From contig NC_043001.1 of NCBI RefSeq assembly GCF_006345805.1, positions 131,130,001 to 131,194,000 on the forward strand: a DNA stretch of 64,000 nt, written 5' to 3'. The notes under the pieces were generated by a model. That model saw only the letters and a program-made list of their open reading frames with translations. It was not told the DNA's origin and searched no databases. A program made the position numbers and the translations under genes. Positions 54,089 to 64,000 of this stretch are shown here, in pieces. Origin of the DNA: Octopus sinensis (Eukaryota). Position 1 is the first letter of the stretch, and the number at the start of each line of letters is the position of its first letter.

Positions 54089-55602
54089 AAGTTTCATTTC
54101 TAATTAAAATGCTACTCAAAAGGAAACAGCTTCTTACATCTGAATTCTAGTTGAAACATTTCGGCTGCTACATAGACAACACAATGTACTCTGTACTAAT
54201 CGCACTACTGGCAAGACAACCAGCAACAACTTTAATATAGATGCAGTATTATGTCTTGTTCAGGCCTGATGCTGTTATTTCTATTTCCTAAGCCAGGTCT
54301 CATCATCAGTTTTCCATAAAATTATGCCACTTTTTTTCTTGCTCCCTAAAGGTTAAACAAGTAAACAATATTTAACATACGATTTATTGATTATTAACTT
54401 TGTTTTTTCTTATTTCTTTACTATTTCTTTTTTTTTCAAATATCCTCGATTTGCAGCAACATCATCAATGTTCAACAATTTTCCTATTCAAACAACATAC
54501 CCTGATGGAGAAAGGATAAAACTGATATCTTTATTTGATTCTACTGTGTTACTCTGACGAAGCTTTCTTATTTAAAAGTAAAAAAAAAAAATTTTAAAAA
54601 AGAAGCTAAAGAAAAATAAATAATTTTATGTTCAATTTTATCACAGTTACAACAAGTACATGCACTTCTGAGGATTCTATTTACATGGTCTGACTGAGTT
54701 CTTTATTTTGTCATTTTGTCATTTCAAAAAAAAAAAAAAAATTTTTTTTTTTAACATTACATTGAATTACAATTTCAAAAAGTGTATGACAAAAATTTGA
54801 AACTTCCTTTTCTTTGCCAATGATTGCAGATAATGATTTTACTTTTCACACAGATGTCATAACACAAAGAAGACATAAGGTAAAGCTGGGATGAGCTAGA
54901 ATGCTGAATCTGAAATCCTAAATGATCCATTAGGAGTCAAATCCTAACAACAAATGTCATTCCAAAAGGATAAAAAGAGAAACATTGTTCACAATCACCA
55001 GTTCTACAAACAAAATTACATTGTTGCTATAAAAAAACATAAGAAACTAATTTACAGTCTGGTTAATTATGCATTAGGAACATAAACCCAACTTATACCA
55101 CCATCCTACTATCAAAAGAAGCATATGATATCTATTGAACTAGACTCTTAAGCTTGGCATTAGTTAAAGATACTTCTAATTTTTTCTGAGATAAAAACAA
55201 AACACAATGAGTACAAGGTTTATCATAAAGTATCTAAGTTTTATTAGATTTGTTGTGAAAACAGTGACATGTAGATTATACTTCTTATATGGTTACAGTA
55301 GAAATAACACGCAACTCTAAAATCACTTGCTTTAACAATGTAGAAAACTTCATATTTGCAAAGACCATTCTTATTTACACTGTTACAAAAGAAAAAGAAA
55401 AAAAATTGAAAATGGAAACTAATACAAAGAGAAAATACTCATAGCAAAATGGAAACCAAACAACTTAAGGAGAGCAAATTGTGTTAATTATGTAAACTGA
55501 CAATGGTGCTGAAGTAGAATTTGGAAAATAAACTGATTGAATAAGAAAGCTACCAGTTATCTATGTGATAAATGTTAAAGAAAGAATAACAAGAGTATAG
55601 AT

Positions 55603-55980
55603 GCAGGCATGGCCGTGTGGTGAGAAGACCATGTGATCTTGGGTTCAGTCCCACTGCAAGATACTTTGGGCAAATGTCTTCCTCTATAGTCCTGGGCCAA
55701 CCAAAAACTAGTGAGTGGATTTGATAGATAGAAAGTCAAAGCCCATCATGTGTGTGTGTGTGTGGGAGAGAGAGAATACCTTTCTGTCTGATGCCAACCA
55801 CTGATTGACAACCAGTTTTGGTTTGTTTACATTACAATAACATACTTCAACAAAAAGGGACTGATGGAATAAGTACCAGGCTTTAAAATAAGCATTGACA
55901 TTGATTTGTTCAATTAGTGCTTTGGACTGGTGCCCCACCATGGCTGCAGCTCAAGGACTGGATCAAGTAAAAGATAAAAG
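55603..55980 (+). mobile_element. SINE family A, degraded
   Basis: gcaggcatggccgtgtggtgagaag..gggttcagtcccactgc..; tail ccaccatggctgcagctcaaggactggatcaagtaaaagataaaag. Confidence 0.8.
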
Positions 55981-56039
55981 AGAGGGGCAATTTTTCAGTG
56001 ACAAGAGAGAGAATTGTAAAATTATTTTCTGATAATAAT

Positions 56040-56135
56040 AGTGCATAACTTAGTGGCTGGGGGTATTGGGCTTACAATCATAAGGTTGTGGGTTTGGGTT
56101 CTGAACTGGATGGCATGTTATGTCCTTGAGCAAAG
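56040..56135 (+). mobile_element. Old tRNA/CORE-like SINE head remnant
   Basis: ttagtggctgggggtattgggcttacaatcataaggttgtgggtttg..tgtccttgagcaaagcac. Confidence 0.5.
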
Positions 56136-57524
56136 CACCAGCTGAATGCTGGTGTAGCTTTCTCTGCTTACAACTGTCACATCCTCAATGTTAAAGTAAG
56201 TCAAAAGTAGGAAAAGTAGTGAAGGTGTTCAAGTCTGCTCAAGATGACATAGATTTCTAAAACAATTAGTGAAGGCATGGTACATATTACTATGTCATAC
56301 TCATTTGCAAATGATAGCTATGTTCTATTCTTTAATGATGAAGACACTTAAAACTGCAATAAATTCTTTTAAAGATATTTATAATATTACCTATTGAGTA
56401 GAGATGGTGAAAATAATAGAGCAAAATAATCAAATACTGGACTAAATTCTTTTCAATATTTTGTACATTCTGAATTCAATTGTCATCAAGGATGATATCA
56501 CTTGTCATTTTCTAATATTGTGAAAATGAATGCTAGTAATAAGTTGAAATTATTTCAATTAACAAAATCCTCTACAGCAAAAATAAGCATCATAGTTGCT
56601 TAAAAAAATACAAATATTATCTATTAATTGAAAAAAAGAAACAGAGACTTAGTAGTCCAGTTGAATGAATATCAAACTGAACATATTAAAGTTATGGATT
56701 GGCATCTTATCAGAAACCTGTGGTCTCCACTCAATCTTACTGAATAGGTATGGATAGTAAATTATGACAAGTTTTCAAGTTATTCAGAAATACATGAAAT
56801 TCTCAATTATGACTCCCTGTCAATGCAACATAATATGAGCTTTCAAGTTTCATTTAGCTATTGCTAATTGCTTTATTAATGAAGCTTTATCAAATAAAGG
56901 CAGATAGATATAGTTAAGAATATATAGCATTTTAGGGCTATTTAATTTTATTTGGAAATTTTGAAAATAAAGAAAGCTATTCAAAATGCTGAAGCCTTTC
57001 TCATTTCATTAAATTCTGTTAGGGTCCTTGGGATAATTATGAAAGAAAATAGACTTCCCATATATGCATTCTTTACTATATATTTCAAAATATAGCTACA
57101 TATAAAAACAGTCATCTATGGATTTCCATAATGACCATAATGAACTTATTCACTTTCAAATTTTAAGTTGAACTCTAATCATGGCCACGCTATTGTGAAA
57201 TGATTTATGCTTTACAGTTTAGACAATAATGTAAACATTTCTGGAGAATTATTTGCACTGTTTAGATACTCTTTCTAATGCTAACAATAGTCCATACTTT
57301 TTCAACAGCTGTATTTCCTCTTTAGGACAGGAAATAATTCTACTACAACTGGCTAATAACTGATTTACTAACTAAAAAATATGCCTTGCCTTGCACCATC
57401 AACTCTTGATGGAGTCATAGGGATACTATAAAATACAGTGAATATCAATATTGGGCGTTTTAGCCTATCTCTCACCAGGTGAAGGATAAGCTAAAGTCTG
57501 TTTTCCCGAAAGAGAGAGATAATT

Positions 57525-57625
57525 GAACCCCAAGACTGGTACTTTATATATTGACTCCCACAAGGATCCAGAATGAACACTGCAAAGCAATTTATCCAGA
57601 GCTTTAATAAATTTACCACTTCACA
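57525..57625 (-). mobile_element. SINE family B remnant
   Basis: gactggtactttatatattgactcccacaaggat..ctgcaaagcaatttatccagagctttaataaatttacca resembles the reverse complement of 1141-1300. Confidence 0.5.
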
Positions 57626-60039
57626 ACTTTATAAATATGTTACATCTATATATCAGATGGTGCACCTAAATTGGAACATTGCAGACTGCACTGAAGAAAT
57701 TTTTCCACCTCACATAAAAAATAAGTTACTCCTTGATATATAAAAAAACCTACAGGTACACTACCAAGTTATCTTTTTTTTTCTATTTACCTTGCCTTTA
57801 TTCCAGTGGTTTCTCGGCCCCTAATCTCACTGACTGTATGCTATACATAATCCAATTTACTTTAAGAATTTGTCTCTTCTACTCATTTCACTTCTATTGT
57901 GCACCACTTCCCAAACTCCATAATAAATAATCTGCCCAATTTTTTTAATTCAAAACATCAGCCCTTTTTTTACTGACCTTCTTCTTAAATCAATTGATAA
58001 TGAATACTAATTATGCTAACTACACTGGTTGTCACTCTCTCAATTGAGAAGCTATAGTAATGTAAATGTCACAAATAACCTCAAGATATAGCTTTGAAAA
58101 TTGCACTTTATTTTCATTTACAGCACCCAAAATATTATCAAAATTTATGAAATAAAAGTGGATTCAGTATTTTGAATGTGTTCTGATATTTTCTTAAAAT
58201 CCTTGGCTCTGATTTCATAGTTTTAAGTAGATAAGAGGTAAATATTTCCCTGGATAGAATGATAATATAATTTACCATAGGAAACTAGATGCACTGTAGA
58301 ATTCAAAATTAAGTATATTGCCGAAATACATGCTAAAATATCAGCTAAAAACTTAAAATTATGAGCTGGTAGTAGTTCAATACAAATCATATTCCTGAAA
58401 AGTTCTAACTAAAATATCATGGATATAGCACTTCCAGTTAAGTCTCACGAATAATTTAAACCAAGCAAAAATTTAAGGAAATGATCTCGCAATCCCAAAA
58501 CTAAGTATTTTAATTAAAACATGAGATTATTTTCAAACTTCTGAAATTGTTTAGACATGCACAATTCCTTATACTAAAAGGATAATTAATGCATATAGAT
58601 AACCAAATATTTGTATTAAGAAAAATATTTGCAAATGCCCACCAGACTAAATGTTAAGAACTGTTTGAAAATTAACTTCTGTCACACTGAAGAAGAAAAA
58701 TAGAAAGAAAAATGCTATTAAAAATATGTGACAAACAAACAATTTGGACAACATAATTAGTGAACTTCGTCTTAATCTTTGAAGTGAATTCAGAAGAATA
58801 AGAAATAAAATTGATCACACTTTGTAGTTAATTATTTTGCCTTTCAAGAACTGCAAGTACATACAAAGGAAAAAAAAAACACAACTTGTATACAGCTGCT
58901 TAGCATGTGAAACTGACGGTTAATCCTGTTTGTAAGTTGAACAATTTAAAACAAGTGGATGAATTATTGGCCACTTGATTTTAATAGCCCTACAGGAAGT
59001 AATTGTTAAATTACATTTCCATGCTACTCTAAAGTTTCTCAGAAAGTGACCTGTGTTAAACTTAAATGGATATTCACAAGATGAATATGAAAAACTTGCT
59101 TTTAGTATATGACAAACCTTTTCTTATTTTTGCCTTAGAATTGATAATTCCTATATTAATCTTTTTCTATTAGTTTAGAAACAGACACAAATCAAAGACA
59201 GCTCTTTAAATAATATGATCTGAAATTTATTATTGCCTACATATTATTATTACTCCAATATACCTCTATATTACTGTTACACCAATATCATGTAAACCAA
59301 CACTCTGAAAACTTAAGAAGAGAGCGGGATAACCAAAAGTGTAATAAACTTTGTACTTCCACTTTAATCTAATACACGAAAAAAAGTTAGTGAAATTTAA
59401 GGAAATGATCTAACCATTAACAATTATTTTAATTAGAATGTGAGATTTTTTCAATTTAAAACTTCAGAAATTGTTCAGATAAGCACATTGAAAAAAAGAC
59501 TGCAGATTTGCAGTTCTATAGAGTCTGAAGGAAAATAGGAAGGAAATTCACATCAATTTTACTATTTCAATCAAACACAAAATTACTAACATTCAAAAGA
59601 AAACATCAAGCAAAATTTTATACAAACCAACACACTTGAGATATTCTTAAATAACATTTTCTAACAACTTTAATCGGCAACATTAGCACCAATATCCAAG
59701 GAATGGGAGAGGAAAAAAAACTAGACAAAAATTGAAGCCACTTTGTATCCATAAAAATCTGGTCAGTGTTTTCAAAACCACACTCAACACCTTTCTTAGC
59801 AAACATTGAGAAAATAGAAAATAGAAAAGTATGAACGTACCTATAAAAACCCTGATGAATAATATACTAAACCTTTTCTTAAAATTGTAAAATAATATAA
59901 AGTCCACCAAATAGAAAAAATAAAATCTTCATGTTAAACTAGAAAGCTATGAATGACAAAACTGTAATGTTAGATTTGACTGAGATAAAGTTGAAAGAAT
60001 GCAACCGAGGAACAATGTGAGGATACACACAACAACAAC

Positions 60040-60240
60040 GCATGTGTTTCAAGAAAAACAGTAGCTGAAGGCAAATAATTCCATGTTGCAAAGTGTAAAA
60101 CAAACTGAAGGGAAACCTGCATTACCGGTATTAAGGAACAAAACAGAACCATCAGAAAATGGAAAACATTGAAATCGAATCATTAAGAGAACAAAAGACT
60201 TCTATCAACAACTGTATTCTAGTAAAGAAACTCAAAGAAT
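60040..60240 (+). mobile_element. Old LINE ORF2 linker fragment (RTE-like)
   Basis: GKPALPVLRNKTEPSENG..RIIKRTKDFYQQLYSS resembles the ...FY..LYS linker between EN and RT. Confidence 0.4.
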
Positions 60241-60559
60241 AATATAAAATATAAAGCAATGTTCAAGAGATATTGACATTTCATCTTAAGCTAAAAGTGT
60301 GTTATCAAAAAATATCATCTTAAAATTCTTTAAAAATGCAGTTGACATTGCTTTAGTAATGAACAAAGTTCTATCCCATACAGATAGCAGTATGTATACA
60401 AACTAAATACAAAGAGATGACAAATCATATCTATCCAATTAAGTCCTGATCATTTTACAAAACATAACATGTAAGTATTTGTTAATGCAGGTCATGTCAG
60501 ACAGTATAACCAAGCAGGTAAGAGTAGTAAATGAAACTGCATTGGCCACATCAATAAAG

Positions 60560-60785
60560 GATTCAACTGAACAACCTGCTCATTGAATTGCAAACATGTG
60601 AGTGGCTGGGTATTCCACAGATACATGTATACCTAACATGATTCTCAAGTGGAATCAATGTGGCACAAGGTGTCTAGGCTGTACTTTTGAATTACAAGTA
60701 CAATCCATCTGACAAGACCCTCTGCATAGTTTCTGTTAATCTAATTTCAGTCACAAGGCTTGGATTGATCCAAGGCAATGGTATT
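60560..60785 (-). mobile_element. Degraded SINE remnants (family C body and family A head)
   Basis: gtgagtggctgggtattccacagatacatgtatacctaac resembles 44310-44350; agtttctgttaatctaatttcagtcacaaggctt resembles the family A head reverse complement. Confidence 0.5.
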
Positions 60786-63700
60786 GGTTAAAATGCAGTG
60801 GAATAACAACACAATGAAATATCAGGTTTTATATAAATAAATAAAGGGATATGTACTGCCATGTGTAAAAAAGTATTTTTTATTTAACTGAAATTTTCCT
60901 TTTAGTGAAGGTAAAGAAAATAAAGTTCAAAAGCATTTGTAAGAGGCTCCTTTAAAAGAGAGGAGACAGTTTTAAGAAACTAAGAACGAATCTCTTGATG
61001 TTGATTTTCATGCTTAGGTAAAAAGTCTGATTTTTGAAGACTAAACTATAGATGTTTCAGTCCACATCAGCATAATATGTCTGTTCAAGTCTGCTTGATC
61101 AGTTGACAAATATCTTTTTGTTTATCTAATACACATTTCTCATGCTAGCATGGCTTTGAAGAGAGAGTTATTTTGGGAAGGTTTTAAAGCCAGATGCTTT
61201 TCCTGTTGCCAAATATTTTGATCTTATGAATAATTTTTAGCCAAAATAATTTGTATAACTAATGGTATGAATTTTGAATAAATAAAAGGGTCAGGTACTG
61301 AATGACACATGCTAAAGATCACTAATTGAAATTTACCTTTTAGTTAGAGAAAGAAAACAAAAACCTAGTGTCAATTATTAGTAACTCTCAAATTAGAGAG
61401 GAAATAATGTCAAGAAATTAATAAATCATTTCTCAAAGTTAATTTACATAATTAGAAAGAAGTTTAATAAACAAGTATATGCCCACTGTTGTAACTTGGC
61501 TGCAAAGAGAGTTTACTCTAAGCATGTAAACTTAACATTTTAGGACAAGGTAGATTTTTCAAAATGTTTTACTCATGCAAGACGTGTTGGAGCAGGTCAT
61601 TTTATAGCAGGTTACATTTCCTAAAAGTTTGTCATGAAGTGGAAGTCACATCTAGTTTTCTGTTAGATTGACTGAGTCAGTTGAGCAATTCTTGCAGGAC
61701 CGAGTAAAGCAAGGTGGAATTAAAATACCTCAGGTGTGAACTAATAACTTCAGGATCAACATGAATTCAAGGTCATGTTCCAAAGCATTAATTTTCAACA
61801 TTGTTTCTCGTGGAAAACATGGACTGGGTAGTCAGATCTGTTGTAGCATTTACTTTCGTTTCATATGCTTCTGTTAATTTTTTGTTTTAAATTTCATGTA
61901 GATCCTAATTCTCTATAGTTATACCAAATGATTTTCACCTTAGCCAACTCCCTGGAAGCAACAGCAAATATTTGGTTGTAATAGCCTATTTTAAGAATTG
62001 GTTTAATTATTTTACATTTAACTGCCTTTTACCTTTTCAAGTGAATACACATTTAATTTGTGATAAACCAGCACACTACACATCCAGTAAATCAAGTACA
62101 ATTCATTTTCAATAAATATTTGATTATCTTTCTAAAACACAGAATCACAGACAAATACAATACAACTATTTCAAGAGAATTAAATATGTACCCAAAATGC
62201 TAACAGAATTAAATGAAAAAAATAAAATTAAAATATAGTACCAAAAACACTAACAGAATTTCATGAAAGCAACTTTGGATCTTAATGAAGCTTGGTCAAT
62301 TAAATATTAAATAATAATCAGCAATTTTACTTTCCCTTTTCTTTACTGCATTAAGTGAGATTAAACTCAAGAAGTGTGATTCATATGTGAGATTTTTAGC
62401 CTAATAATGACACTAATAATCATAAGATTTCTAAGGCATTATAGATAACTCATTTTTGTTTTTAAACAGTGTTAATATTGAAAATAAAAGACAAAGGAAG
62501 AAAGAAAAACCATTACATTGTTAAATACCTTCAGATTATTTCCTTCAGATTAAATTTTAAAATTTGAATAGTCTTAAATATCATACACACACACACACAC
62601 ACACACACAAATTATATATGGATAACTATTTTTTAATAAAACACATTTTCCTGAAATTGTAAATCAAACTGCTGGATTTTAGAATCAAAGAGAAAGAACA
62701 GAAAAAGTAAAATAAATAATTATCTTTTATGCTTTTAATCTAGATACCGGATTTCTTTCAATTAAAATTTCTTCCATTTTTAGTAGCCTCATTCAATCCT
62801 TCTCCTTGCAACTTTGAAATTTTAAAAGACAACTACTATAATGAAATGCATTGAAAATTCAGTTTAATAATCAAAACAAAAAATTTTTTAATGTGAAATA
62901 TTAATTTTTAAGGTATAAGGAATGATGAGGGTACAATATATTTCTTTTAGTCCTTTACAACTAACTCCTTTACTTATTTAAGCTTTATAAAATAGAACTA
63001 CAATTTATGATTTGAATTAGCAGAACTATTATTCAGTACTCCATAATTCTTTATTAGCTATTATCACTTGCAAGAAAAAAAAATCACATTTTCTTTGTAT
63101 TTCTTTTGTCAGATATTTTTTATTAGCTAATTATTTCATATAATAGTTCTGATTTTGATCATAGCTCTTTTGTATTTTGATAATGTTAAAAGTATTTTAT
63201 CATGAAATTCCAACATGAAAAAAAAAATTTGATTTTTAACTATTATCACTATTTTGACTTATGAAACAGTAATAAAATTAATTTAATCACAATTTATGAG
63301 AAGTAATGTCTCCATTTCATTGCTATCTCTGGTTACTAAATTAGAGTTTTGCTATTTGCCTATAAGTATTATTTTCGGCTGGCTGTGACCATTGTGTATT
63401 TCTTTTAATGAATTTTAAAATTTTAGCAGAAATTACATTGCTTATTTGTTTAATATTTTACAATGAAAATAAAAATGATTGACACCAGTGTGTTTAGTTT
63501 TTTTCACAAAAGTTTTTTTTTGTTTTTATGCTTTATCTGAGTAAAATTTTTGTCAGATTGGAATCTGGCAAACAACTGAACAAAATTGCTTTAATTACGG
63601 ATATAACTTTAGACAGCTGAGGCTACCTAATATTCTCAACATTATTCTTAGATGTATAATTTGAGAATTTCAACATTATTCTTTCTCATAATAAAAATTA

Positions 63701-64000
63701 AATACATTTTCACTGTTTTCTTTATCTTCAGTAATACTTTCTTTTCATAATATATACACAGAATTAAATAGCTTCTCCAACTTCATAAATAAATTTTAAA
63801 TTCTTTAATCATTTTTTTCTCATTTATTTTTCTAATCAAAATAAGTCTATAAATTATTTATGATTCCTTCCCTTTTCTTCATATATTTCACAATAGTACA
63901 AATTTTTACTAAGTATTTAATTAGGATGTATTTTCTCAATACATACAAATACTAAGATGAAAACATACCATGTGTCAAAATAGCTTCATTTCTATTTATA

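Noticed and set aside
113-54097. Many long ORFs rich in Y/I/C/V/H/T/M ([14 protein letters not shown])
   Set aside because: They are translations of (TA)n, (TG)n and (CA)n microsatellites, which lack stop codons in most frames; not evidence of coding.

Overview
Eukaryotic, very AT-rich, largely non-coding DNA. The SINE families, compound (TA)/(CA)/(TATG) microsatellite load and RTE/CR1/Tc1-mariner relics resemble an octopus (coleoid cephalopod) genome; that is inference from recalled repeat sequences, not a database match. I cannot support any host protein-coding gene with confidence, and the long YIYI/CVCV ORFs are microsatellite read-through. Supported content: at least three tRNA-derived SINE families; four RTE-clade LINE segments; three CR1-type LINE segments, one young-looking copy nested in a SINE's internal microsatellite; Tc1 and two mariner transposase relics; three TTAA-flanked piggyBac-type MITEs, one interrupting the RTE; a 19-bp purine minisatellite; a 100-N scaffold gap flanked by a ~2 kb probable false duplication; and a ~1.07 kb tandem duplication. 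The most interesting structures are an RTE with twin-priming-like 5' inversion geometry, four RTE pieces that roughly tile one element in mixed orientation, head/tail-swapped SINEs joined at a microsatellite, an unclassified 469-bp unit with exact 66-bp direct repeats, and two competing weak exon models at 53.2-54.6 kb. I found no CRISPR array and no convincing novel multi-gene system.
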